NCBI GenBank assembly: GCA_964016885.1
Contig: OZ024741.1
Location: forward strand, 390,228,001 to 390,292,000
Length of the DNA: 64,000 bases
DNA from: Eledone cirrhosa
Lineage: Eukaryota
Direction of reading: 5' to 3'
Both the position numbers and the translations under genes were made by a program. The notes beneath the pieces are model-generated. The model had not been told where the DNA came from. It saw only the letters and a program-made list of their open reading frames with translations, and made no database searches. Each line of letters opens with the position of its first letter. Position 1 is the first letter of the stretch. Positions 25,960-38,221 of the stretch are shown here, one piece after another.

Positions 25960-26330
25960 GTGATATGGAGGTCGTTTTTGTTCCTCCTCGACTAGATCCA
26001 GCTGGAACTCCTTTCCGCTGCTTCTGATATAGCTTTAAGGGCTATGGTCCTTGTCTTCCCAGAATCTGAAAGTTGTTTCATGAGATTGTAGACGAGAACT
26101 TTGACTCGGATGTCGGTTTCTCTCGGGCTGTTGGCCAAACTAGCGTATTTTTCGGTCTTGAATACGTATACTTCTTCTAATCTACTTTCAAACGGCACGG
26201 TAAGTTCAATCAAAATTAGTTATTTTGATTACCTGGAATGGATTACGATATCCGGACTCAAAACACCCTTTCTGATGATTTCTTGTTGTTTTGCTGACAT
26301 ACATTACCTTGCAAGTGGTAAACTACACTG
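25960..26330 (-). mobile_element. RLE-type non-LTR retrotransposon 3' fragment (HERO/NeSL-like)
   Basis: PDIVI...LIELTVPFE...KTEKYASL...ISEAAERSSSWI. Confidence 0.75.
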
Positions 26331-26334
26331 AAAG

Positions 26335-27830
26335 ATATCCATAAAGAAGGAAGCAAAGCAGAGGGTAAAATCTACAAGTCGGTCTCCCTGACCTCACTTA
26401 TCAATAAGGTCATGGTACGAATCATCAGAAAGAAACTGATCACATTCCTCGAGGAAAGTGACCCCCTAACTAACACCCAGCATGGCTTTCGCCCGGGAAG
26501 AGGCTGTCTTACACAGTTTTGACAACACTAGGACTGGGTACTGAAACAGCTGCTGGACAGCTCAAATGTGGATGTGATATATCTTGCAAAGGCCTTCGAC
26601 AAGGTCGACCATGGAATGATATGTCACAAACTACACAAATTTGGCATAACTGGAAAAGTAGGTGAGTGGCTGCATAACTTCTTAAAAAACAGAAGTCAGA
26701 CTGTTGCGACCAAAGGAACTATCTCAAAGGAAATTCAGTAACAAAGGGCGTGCATCAGGGAACCGTCTTTGGACCACTACTGTTTATGGTGGCTCTCTCA
26801 GATAAACCCTCTGTAATAAAGACAGCCACCCTCACTAGCTATGCTGATGATACGTAGGTAACACTGGCAATGAAAATCCGGTGGATGCTACTCTCTTAGA
26901 AGATTTAGATGCCATATACAAATGGACTGAGGACAATAATATGCAATTTAATGCCGAAAAATTTCAAGCTCTCTGCTATCAACTCCCAGACGAAAATCCA
27001 CTACAACAAAGCTACACTGAACCGGGAGGAATCAAAATCCCCGAGTCGAAATCAATACGGGACATAGGTATTGACATAAGCCATGATACATGCACCCATC
27101 ACCAAAATGGCGGTAATGTACAGACGAATGGTTGGTTGGATTCTGAGGATTTTCCGATAAAGAGACCGGTAAACGATGTTGGTCCTCTGGAGGACATTTG
27201 CCCTCACTCGACTCGACTATTTCTCTCAGCTATTACATCACAATCTCAAACTAACTGCAGAACTTGAAGCAACCCAACGAAACTACACCAAGAGGATTTT
27301 CTCAATGACGGCGATGAGCTACTGGGAGAGACTGAAAGAACTATAGCGATGATACTAGGTTGTATGAAAGTAACAAGGAATACATTGTTTGTGTGTATAA
27401 TATTTAATTAACAATGGTAGATAGGATAGTTGACATGTCAAAGAAATAGATGATAGAATGAAACAAAGTTAGTCGTTACCGTTTTGATTGCCAGGCAAAC
27501 GCGGCTGGCAGAGGACGCCTGGCTAAGGCCAGCCAGGCGCCGGAAGGCCAAATGAGAGGCAGAGCCAAATGAGAGAGTGAGAACTTAAAGTTGTTAGTTT
27601 TATAGGGTTCTGACCGGAAGTTACAGAAAGGGTTCTACTTCCCGTCTAGATGTTAATCCAAACAAGGGAGACAACCGCTACAGAACTAAAGCTCTACTCC
27701 CTGGAACGATGAGGGTAGAGATACGCAGTGATATACATATGAAAGATCCTGGAAGGACTAACACCAAACTTTGGCATTAAGAGCTGCACCAATCTCCAAA
27801 CAAGACTCCACTGTGTAGTGCCAAAGTTCT
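26335..27830 (+). mobile_element. Decayed CR1-group LINE RT region, interrupted by a solo LTR
   Basis: SVSLTS, QHGFRPGRGCLTQ, AKAFDKVDH, QGTVFGPLLF, YADDT, NMQFNAEKF, SYWERLKEL|KLYSLER. Confidence 0.85.
27342..27682 (-). mobile_element. Solo LTR, 341 bp, with 4-bp TSD GAAC
   Basis: Termini t(a)tagcg...cgctaca. gaac at 27338-41 and 27683-86. Removing the insert restores the CR1 frame ERLKELKLYSLER. TATAAAA on the minus strand near 27600. Confidence 0.75.
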
Positions 27831-27859
27831 CTTCTAGAGTAAGCACTAGATACTGCAAA

Positions 27860-28230
27860 TATGTGTTTGTATGTACGTATATGTGTGTGTGTGTGTGAGT
27901 TTGTATGTATATGTGTTTGTGAGTGTATGTTTATATGTATATATAGGTATGTGTTTGTATATATGTACGTGCGGTTGTTTGTATGCATATGAATATAAGT
28001 GTGTGTGTGCTTGTATGCATGTATATGTGTGCGTGTGTATTTGTGTATGTGCATTTATATGTATGTGTATATATGTATGTATATGTGTGTGTATTTGTGT
28101 GTGCGCGTGTTTGTATATATGTGTGTATGTATTTGTGTGTGCGCGTGTTTCTATATATATGTGTGTATGTATTTGTGTGTTTGTATGTATATGTGTATGG
28201 GAGCGTGTATGTATATATGTGTGTGTAAAA
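27860..28230. repeat. Degenerate (TG/TA)n microsatellite
   Basis: Directly visible. Confidence 0.95.
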
Positions 28231-29185
28231 TGTTCTTGTGCTGGTTTTCTTGAAATGTTTATTTCTTCTATTTAATGTCTTAATCTGTGTCAATGTATTG
28301 AGGTGGTTACCAGATTCTTTATTCTGAAAAATAAAAATAAATTACACATGATTTCCTTTTTCCTGTCAGTCAGTCGGTTACACCCTGTTTCTATGACTGA
28401 CAAGACCTAGAAATAGCAGCCTAAATTACTCGCTAATTCTTGTTGCCCCTAACAACTATGGGATTGGCTACGAATTGGATTCCTTTGATCTATGATTTAT
28501 GATCTATGTCTGTTCGATGGTCGACCCGTGACTAAACAACAACAAGAATATTAAGAGCATACAACATAAACAACAATAGCAGAAACATCACTAGCAATAG
28601 TGTGATCATACAACAACAATAGAAACAACACCCGGCAACAATGAGATCATACAATAACACCAACAACACCAATAGCGAGATCAAATAACAAAATAGCACC
28701 AAACAAATCATTTCATCTATGACTTCCTCCCTCTTTCTCACACTAATTCTGGCTTCCTGTTTGACAAGATCACCAAATTACGCATTATTTTACTCAAATC
28801 CCGGAATTTCGACTTTAAACGTTGATTGGTTGACATTCCCTAACGAATATGGCGTGTTACATGCAGGAAGGGCTCCCGTTGTTGTTGCAGTTGTTGTTGT
28901 TCTTGTTGCTGCTGTTATTGTTGTTGTTGAAAGTACATTCGTTCTGAGGCGTGCAATTACTCATATCTTTCTAATTAAACGATAATTGAATAATGACGGT
29001 GGAAATTGAAAATAATAAATAAATAATTAAATGATTAAATAAATAAATGAATATGTATATAAAATAAGAGCCTCCACTCCCACACTTGTCCTCGAAAAGT
29101 AAACAAAGAAAACGTGAGGTAATGTGTTGGGAGATGCAAATATGTTTAGTATGGTCACATTATAATTATCATGATATATTCTCTT

Positions 29186-31260
29186 CTTCTACTTATTCCT
29201 GAGAGGGTCGTGGGGGAAGAATCTTCAAACACTCCCTCCAGCAGGTCCTGTCAGAAGTAACCACCTCCAACTGCTCCAGCTGGACCCCCAAGCGAGACCA
29301 GCTGAACTAATGGATGTTATCCAACCATCTTGCTCGAGGTCTAACTATGGGTCTCCTGTCAGTTGGTTTTGCTCGTAAAATCTGCCCAGTGATATTTTCC
29401 TGAGATATTCTAACCACATATCAGTAATATCGGAGGTGTGATCTCTCAATTCAAAGTAGTAGCGGTTCTACCAGGAGTGACTGTCTAATCTCCGAGTTAC
29501 GCAATCAATCGAGTAACGTTACTCCAAAGACCCTTAGGGGGAACCCCATTTCGGCCACTTGTATTCTCGATCGTATTCTTTCAGTAATTACCCAAGATTC
29601 ATGACCATAGCTAAGGGTTGGCACAAATACTGAATTGAAGATAGCAAGTTTGGCTTTTATGCTTACCTCTGATTACTGAATGCTAAAGCTGGTGTATTAC
29701 TTAATTCAGCATCCTGCCTCTCATCACTCATGATCTCGGCCCCAAGATACTTGAACTTCTCCACCTGCTTCAGTGGAACTTTATTCACATGTAGAAAGAA
29801 CTGTGCACGCTTCCTTGAGAGGACGAGTGTCTCAGTTTTTGCAGCACTGATTTTCATTCCAATCATGGAGCACTCGCCATCAAACTTATCAAGTGTAAGT
29901 CGGAGATCACCTTCTGTCGAGTTAAATAACACCATGCCGTCTGCAAATTCCAGCCGACTGCTTTTACACCCACCAGTCATGATACCACTTTCATCCCGGC
30001 TGCACATGTCAATCCTGTTCATGTAAATAATGAACAGGAGAGGTGAGAGTATGCACCCTTGGCGGAGTCTGACACACTGAATGATTTCGATTTAGCACCA
30101 TTTATCCGAACGCAAATACTCGGGCATTCATATAGAGACATCAGGGAAACAAGAATCTGACCATCGATCCCATACTCCTGCACATCATTCCACAGTAGGT
30201 CCCGAGTAACGCGGCCAAATGTCTTTTCGGGGTTAACAAAACAAGAACATTCTCCTTGTCAATAGCCTCACGATTTCTCGAAGACCTACCGCAGTATGAA
30301 TATCTTAGTCGGCTGTGTTGCGTCCGGCGCGAAAACCACACTGTTCATCAGTTAGCTTGGACTCGGCAATCTCCCTACATCTCTTTGCCAGACACTTAGC
30401 ATAGACTTTACGGGGTTGGGAGGTTAACAAGGAGATCTCTCTGTAATTGGAACAATCTCTCTCGTCTCCGTTTTTGAAAATTAGGATTATAATTCCCGAT
30501 TGCCATTGCTTAGGTGCCTTTCCAGAGATCCAGACCACCCGGCACACGAGTTAGTCAGAGAATATCTTCTCCATTTAAGGTTTCTAACATCTCGGGCCGG
30601 ATTTTATTTTCCCCAGCGGCCTTGCAATATTTGAGCTCTTTAACCGCTCTTGTAATCTCAGCCCCTGAGAGATTAGTTACCGCTCCCAAATGCACCTCGT
30701 GTACATCAGAAAATGCTGTTGTGATCAGGTTTAGGAGAGCAACAAAATATTCTCTCCACCTTGCGAGTATGCATCTTTCTGAAAAGAAGAGAACTTCAGA
30801 CGCGTTCTTGATAGCAAGTGTGGAAGAGGACTTATTACGAAGTCAGTGGATGGTCTGCCAGAACACTTTATTTGCTGATTTGACCTCGAATTGCAGCTTA
30901 ACCCCAAAGTCTTCCCATGTCGTAACTTTGGACGCTTTTACAGTTTCTGCTGCGATTCTTCGTGCCTGCTTGTACTGCAAGTGCAAGAAGGAGGACTTAT
31001 TTCCAAGCCAAGCTTTTAGACCTCCATATTTGCTCGGATGGCATCTTTGACCTCTTGATTGAACCAATGTGTCCTCCTGCCATTCGATGCCACACCAAGC
31101 CTCTTTCGTCTACAGCATTTAACAGCAGAAACCGCTCAGCTGAACAATCGCCACTCTGTCTCAACATCCTCCATTTACTCAAGGTGTTCTCTGAATTTAG
31201 ATGCAATAGTACCTGGTCTGCGTTCCTGGTCTTGGCTTTCTTATTCACCAACGCTTCCCA
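29186..31260 (-). mobile_element. Decayed RTE-like LINE, second family
   Basis: CSNYREISLL, EQCGFRAGRNTAD, RQGCILSPLLF, LEFADG, QVEKFKYLG, YGHESW. (GAA) tail. Confidence 0.88.
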
Positions 31261-31527
31261 GAAATAAAATCAATTATTGATCTCTGTCTCTGATTTCTCT
31301 TATATTATATATATGTTTAGATGTGTCTGTGTTTGATATTTCAATGTGAAAACTAAGAGGGTTTACAGTTGTGGAAAGTTCGTGCCAAGATTCAGTGTCA
31401 TTATCACCCCACGTCCAACTTTAGTTCAACCATTCAAGTAATAAAAAAAATCAACATGTCATGCATACGTGTCTTTTCTTTTTCTTTTTATTTTTTATTT
31501 TTTACTGATTAGTCAAAGAAGAAAGAT

Positions 31528-31765
31528 GGCGACGAATTGGCAGAGTGGTTAGAATGTCGGAGAGAATGGCAGAGTGGTTAGAATGTCGGAGAGAATGGCA
31601 GAGTGGTTAGAATGTCGGAGAGAATGGCAGAGTGGTCAGAATGTCGGAGAGAATGCTTTGCGGCATTCGTTCCGGCTCTCTGCTCTCTGAGTTCAAATAC
31701 CGCAGAGGTCAACTTCGCTTTCATTCTTTTGAGGTCAATAAAAAAGTACCAGTTTAGTACTGGGT
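31528..31765 (+). mobile_element. SINE variant with a fourfold tandem 29-bp A-box head
   Basis: (gaatggcagagtggttagaatgtcggaga)x4, then B box gagttcaaatac and the core. Confidence 0.8.
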
Positions 31766-33898
31766 CGTTTCTCCCTCTTTATCTCTTCCTCACTTCCTTT
31801 CTCTCACTTATTATCATTTTCTAGAAGAAATCTGTGTTCAAACCTGGAGTGGAGATTGGCCCCACCAGGTTTTAAATGCCCTGGAAACGCCGTATGCCAC
31901 TATGGCGCCCCTACGACTCTACAAGGAGTTACGGGATCATGCATGCAAACAAAGAGTAACGTTATTGACTCTTTTCAGAGCCTTCGAGATTGGAGCGAGG
32001 AGGGGGCCCCTGTATTAACCTTAGGGGCCTGGCTTTTATGTATTTCGGGCTATATCTGACACTTACACACCCCTCTCCACTACAAAAAATAACGAGTCTC
32101 TTTCTTGCGACGTCCCTTGTATTCCGTCTAGTCAGTCATATGAATAACACGGTCTTGTAATGTGGCATTCTCCAGAGACTTCGTCCGAATGTATACAAGA
32201 GAACGAACTCCACTATTTATTGATTCATTCATTTAATTTAATATAAACGTCTGTATAGAGCTAGTAAGCCAAGACAGACTAAGGGAAGTAGTTTACAGAT
32301 ATACAGAGATAAGTGAATTAAAAAATTTTTAAATGAAAAAAAAAACAAAAAAAAAACACAATAAAATAAAAAATAAAATAAAAAATAAAATAAGATAAAA
32401 AATAAAATAAAAGATTTAAATAGGGAAGGCCAATGAGAGGCAAAATAACCATTAAAACATAAAAAAAAATGGGAAGCAAGGGAAGCTGTAAAGCAGCTAG
32501 GAGGTTCAGTTGTTGAATTTTTTCATAACCTCCATGTACTTAAAGATTTTGTTTATAGTTGGTAGATATTTTACAATAAATTGTATCTCCAAAGATACCC
32601 AAAGGCCAAGAAGTGGTGTTAAACCGGATGACGAATTAAGTTCACCACTCCGTATGAATAGAAAGGGAAATATATGTAATATAATGTATATTAAATTTTT
32701 CGAAGGAATTAGGTCTTCGTTAAAAATTGTGACTTAACTAATCACAAACGTATTCATACAGGAGCGGAGTTATTCTATTATGATATTTGTATTAAATCAT
32801 TAAATATAAATAGAATAAAATAAAACCACATACAAATAAAAACAGCAGGAAAATGCAGCAAAAAGCTGAAACGAAAATAGAAGGAGCTTTTCTTCATTTT
32901 CTCAGATAAGCAACATATTAATGAACAATGGGTTAACCTAATATGTGACAGATGCCCGGGACGGTAAGACTCAGTCTGCTTCTGGTGCATATATAGAACT
33001 ACATTATTTAATGTGTCCTTTTTTTGACTGTAGGGAAATTTTGGCTGTCATTAGTAGCAATTCGAGTGACCACATAGAGGTAATTTGGGTAGTACGTGTA
33101 CATTGTGTTAATGTACCTTGGGGGCACATAGATTTACTATAATATAGGCCCTCAACTTTTGATGAGTCGTAGAGACGCCGTAATGATGTACAACCTATCT
33201 CGAGCATTTAAACTTTTTAAACAGAGCCCCTCTCTCTACAGGTCTGAACAAAGCCTATTTCTTCCCGAGAAAAAGAGACATAGTGAGGAATATATATAGA
33301 GGAACAATCTACCCCTCAGAAGGATGAAATACAAAGTAAACAAGGGTGGGGTTTGAACCAGAAGGAATACAGAGAAGCATTTTATCTGAGCTTCTAATGA
33401 CTCTGACAATTTGCGCCCACCTAGATTGACTATTCTGAGAAACACTAAAACACAATATCTTTTACTAACTGACAAAAGCCTAGGTAGGCCCACGAAGACA
33501 CCCAAACCTGCTAGAAATAACAACCTAATGTCAAATCACAAAAAGGAAAGTAAATGTTCCTAAAAATGCAAGATGGTCATGGCTTATATACCTTTGATCA
33601 AATGTCCGCTCGATCAGAACTAACCTAGGGCTAAAATCAACTACAACTACAGCGAGATTATAGACACCCCCTTTCCTTCTCTGACTCAGCCACAACCAAC
33701 AGAACAATAAAACACCAGGCAGATCGTCTATTCTATCATCCCCCACTCCCTCTTACACACACACACGTTGTTCTGCTTAATTATTCTGCTTTCCTGTTTT
33801 CAAGGATGAAGTTCACCAAATTACGCATTATTGTTCTCACACTCGTGATTTTCGACTTAATTGACATTCCTTAATGAATATAGCGTGTCACGTGCAGG

Positions 33899-34034
33899 CT
33901 TCTTCTTCTTCTTCTTCTTCTTCTTCTTCTTCTTCTTCTTCTTCTTCTTCTTCTTCTTCTTCTTCTTCTTCTTCTTCTTCTTCTTCTTCTTCTTCTTCTT
34001 CTTCTTCTTCTTCTTCTTCTTCTTCTTCTTCTTC
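33899..34034. repeat. Perfect (CTT)n of about 45 units
   Basis: Directly visible. Confidence 0.97.
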
Positions 34035-34865
34035 AAATCCTCCCCTCCTCCTCTCTGACGCCGCGGTTTCAGAGTCAATTTGTAAATAAAGTAGTTTATT
34101 ACCCAGGATTTTCTATTCAAATGGTAATTTGTTAAAAAAAAACAAAAAAAAACAATGGGATGACAGTAGTCGTGTTAGTTAACAATAATAACTAAATATA
34201 TACAAAATAGAAAGACATAACAACACAACTACATCTACAAAAACAAGCAAACAAGAAATGTGAGAAAGTGCGTTAAGAGTGCAAACACGTTTGTTATGGT
34301 CACATTTGCAATGTGAAAATAGGGAAGTTTTGTGGCAATGTTGGCAAGACTGTAGTTATTGTCATTACATCCTCCACACATCTCCAGTTTATTCATAAAA
34401 TATCAGTCTAACATTTCCCTTTTTGTGTGGATTGCCATTGTTGCCATTGAGACTTTGGGTGTCCTGCTATTTTCCGCCTCCAAATCGGAAAGAAGGTATC
34501 TCGCCCGAAGAAGGAACCCCGTAAGGTGGAATGGCTGATGCAGCAGGAATATCACTGACTATTCTACGGGGCAATGATTTCACCATCTTGTCCACAGAGT
34601 GCAACCGAGATATACTGTCTAGCCAAAAGGATAGAGTCCCTCCCCCTTCCCATTTCTACCCCACCCCTTATTTTATTTATTAATATTTCTGTATCCCTTT
34701 TTTTTTTATTCCTTCTTGTCTCTTCCTGTTTCTACATATATTCAATTGACTATAAAACTTTAAATCATTAAAACTGTTGTTTTCTCCGTAGAGGATACCT
34801 GGAATATATTTCTCTTTATTTCCTCGAACAAAGGAAGGGATCTCTACGTCAGCGCTCGATCTGCT

Positions 34866-34919
<54 letters not shown>

Positions 34920-35144
34920 TTCTTCTTCTTCTTCTTCTTCTTCTTCTTCTTGCCTGTAAATTGAAGGCGGAAAACTGAGGGAGGGCACTTGCCGTGTCTT
35001 TTTTAATGGGCTTTCTCCACCAGTGTCCCTCGGAATACCCCCCCCCCCCCCTATTGCGGAATTTTCCTTTGTTTCTTTTTTTGTCATTTTATTTTTTGCC
35101 CATTTGTAGCACCCTGTACTGTCCTGTGCATTATTGTTTAAAGG

Positions 35145-35892
35145 TTGAGCGGAAGTGGCGAACGCGTTCATCGCGTCCGTCATCTACTACCGCCTGACCG
35201 CCGTGCCTAGTCCTAAGCCTCGCCTGACTGCGCTGGAGCGTTTGGTCTTTCGCTTTTTGTGGAAGGGACGTGCTCCGATGGTCAGGCGGTCCATCTGCTG
35301 TCAACACCCGCTACGTTGCGGGCTGGGCATGCCGTGGCTGATGATGCGTTCAGGCTACGACATCTCCACCTCTTCCTCGACGGTGATCAGGTGTGGTCGC
35401 CCTTTGCTAGACGCGTGTTTCCCCAGCTCGTCTCCTTGACGGAGCTGCAGTCCTGGGTCAAGCGAAGACCGAGAGGAAGCGCTTGGAGACTGGAATGTCT
35501 TCAGGCGCTTACAGCCCTCGACCAGTCGGGCAATACGATCGGTGGAAACTCCACCTTGGCGTTTTATAGAGAGTTAGTGGGGGGGGGGGGTCCTTGGGGA
35601 AACTCTAGGCGTCGACGGAATCCCACTAGCCAATCTCTCCGGGAGAACTTTCGGGCCGGGGCCCATGGACAACTTCCAGAAATCCTTGGTCTGGCAGTGC
35701 TACCGAGGAGCCTTGCCAGTTCGGGATAAACTCTACAGGCATGGAGGTGCCGTCAGCCGGGCCTGTCCAAGATGCGCTCAGGGCGATAAACCCATCCTGC
35801 ACGCAATCGCCCAGTGTCCGAGCATTGCTGACTTGTGGGTTTATGTCGAACACCTGCTATCGCGTGTAGAACGGATCCGGCTATCAGCTAAT
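35145..35892 (+). mobile_element. Tx1/L1-like ORF2 C-terminal fragment
   Basis: EVANAFIASVIYYRL, FRFLWKG, GLGMPWL, CPRC...LHAIAQC. Confidence 0.85.
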
Positions 35893-38187
35893 GCATACCT
35901 CGACGGACTGCCGCGGCTCTCGACGACCGCAGCGCTGCGAAAAGCCGATAACAGCAGGTGAAATGCGGGAGGCGATGTCTAACTGCACGAGGGGTAAATC
36001 GCTAGGTTTGGATGGTCTGCCCTACGAGCTTTATGCGTATATGCCAGACTTGTTCGGCGACCTTTTGGCAGGCGTCTACTGCAACTGGCAGCAGAACGGG
36101 AGCATTCCCAGTTTTATGAGCCAGGGAGCGGTGACGTTGCTGAGAAAATACCCGAACAAGGGGGACGTTATAGACAACTTCAGGCCCATAACTCTGCTAA
36201 GCGCAGAGTTTAAGATTTTGGCCAAGGTGTTAGCAAAGAGATTGGCGCTTGTCGTCGGTGATCTGGTGAGAGAGGCGCAGACATGGGCCATTCCGGACAG
36301 ATCCATCCACGACAACCTCCATCTCATGCGCGATACATCATAGAGAGGGTGGTTAAAGAACCTGGCACGGGTGGGGCCCTGATCAACTTGGATCAATCTA
36401 AAGCATTTGATAGAGTCGACCATCGGTACCTGGCTGCAGTCCTTGAGGGGGCCGGCTTCGAGCCTGATTTTAGGGGCTGGATGGCTGCGATGCACAGCGA
36501 CATCTGCTCGATTGTGAGGGTGAATGGTCACCTGTCGTAGCCGTTCAGCTTCATGCGCTCGGTCCGCCAGGGTTGTCCCTTCTCGTCCCTCTTGTATGTA
36601 TTGGCCCTCGAGCCGTTACTGCACAAATTGGAGACGATGAGGGGGGAGGGGAGGGGGGCACGCGAACTGGGATGTGGGAGATCAGTGTCAGCTTACGTCG
36701 ACGACGTCACCGTGGTGATGTCGAGCACCAAACATGTCCAGATGCTTGGCACCGCTCTAAAGGAATACGAAGCGGTGACAGGAGCAAATATAGACCAGGA
36801 AAAGTCGGTGGGCTTTCAACTCGGCACCTGGAGATGCAAGTCCATGCCGTCCGACAGCGTCGAGGGGCTCTGGACGGAAGGACCGGTTAAATTCCTCGGG
36901 GTCTGGTTCGGTCTGGACCTCCAGATGGAGAAAAGCTGGAGCGAGGGCGGAGGTGGCGAATGCGTACACCGCGTCCGTCGTCTGCTACCGCCTGACCGTT
37001 GTACCTTGCCCCCACCCAACTCTGACCAAAATGGATAGCCGTCTCTTCCGCTTTTTCTGGAGGGGACGTGCTCCCATGGTCAGACGATCCATCTGCTGTC
37101 AACACCCGTTGCGTGGAGGACTAGGCATGCTGTGGCTGATGATTCGCAAACATGCGCTGAGGGTGCAACATCTCTGGTGTTTCCTTGACGGTGAACAGGT
37201 GTGGTCGCCGTTCGCCAGGCGAGCTTTTCCTTGACGGAGCTGCAGTCCTGGATGCGGAAAAAACTGAGGGATAGCGCTTGGAAGCTGGAATGTCTCCAAG
37301 CGCTCACCGCCTTCTACTAGCTGTGCACTAGTATCGGTGGAACATCCACCTCGGCGTTCTATAGAGGGCTAGTGGAGGGGAAGAGCGACGACGTTCTTGA
37401 GGAGACCCTGGGCGTCGAAGACGATCAGCTGTTCGTTCTCTTCAAGAGAACTTTCAGCCCGGTACCTATGAACAACTTCCAAAATCCCTGGCCTGGCAGT
37501 GCCGAGCCTGTCCGAGATGTGCGCAGGGCGACGAAACCGTTCTGCACGCATTCGTTCAGTGCCCGAGGATTGCTGACTTGTGGAGCTATGTCGAACAGCT
37601 GTTGTTGCGTGTAGGACGGATCCGGTTATCGACTGAGTCCATTGTGCAGATAGCCCCACCATCCTCCTTTAAAGAGGAGGAAGGGCAGGCAGTTTTCTTC
37701 TGCTTGGTGGCCATGGCGAAAGAGATTGTGAGGTGGACAAGGTTGAAAGGGTTGAAGACGGACACTTTCCACTCCGGCGAATCCCTGATTAACTTTTTCA
37801 AGTTTCACTTGAAGAGGAAAATCAGGGTGGAGAGGTAAGTGCTGCCTTCTAGTAAGTTTGTTGAAAGGTGGGTGAAAGTGGCGTGTCTGGTCCGAGTGAA
37901 CGGGCCCGCTCTGAGTATGCGCCTGTTGACTGAGGAATAGGAAAACTGAGAGAGGGCGCTTGCTCTGGTGGTCAGGTTGGCCGTGGTCTTTTGTGTGGTT
38001 TTCGCCACGAGTGACCCTTGGAAGTTTTCCCCCTATTGGGGAATTTTTGTTGTTTGAATTTTTTTGATATTTATATCTTTTTATTATAACCTTTTTTACA
38101 CGGCCCAAACCCACTTTGTATGGTCCTGTACCATTCTGTGCCGTCTGTAATGTTTTTCATCATGTTAGCCCTTGTGGCCAATAAAGA
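35893..38187 (+). mobile_element. 5'-truncated Tx1/L1-like LINE with small internal deletions
   Basis: GLDGLPYE, NFRPITLL, LDQSKAFDRVDH, VRQGCP, YVDDV. 3' end cccttgtggccaataaagaaa plus (ATT)n. Confidence 0.9.
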
Positions 38188-38190
38188 AAC

Positions 38191-38221
<31 letters not shown>

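Noticed and set aside
31534-31650. 29-bp repeats resembling a CRISPR array
   Set aside because: No spacers; it is a tandem SINE head in eukaryotic DNA
32480-33720. Possible very old LINE remnant on the minus strand
   Set aside because: No recognisable motif could be read with confidence
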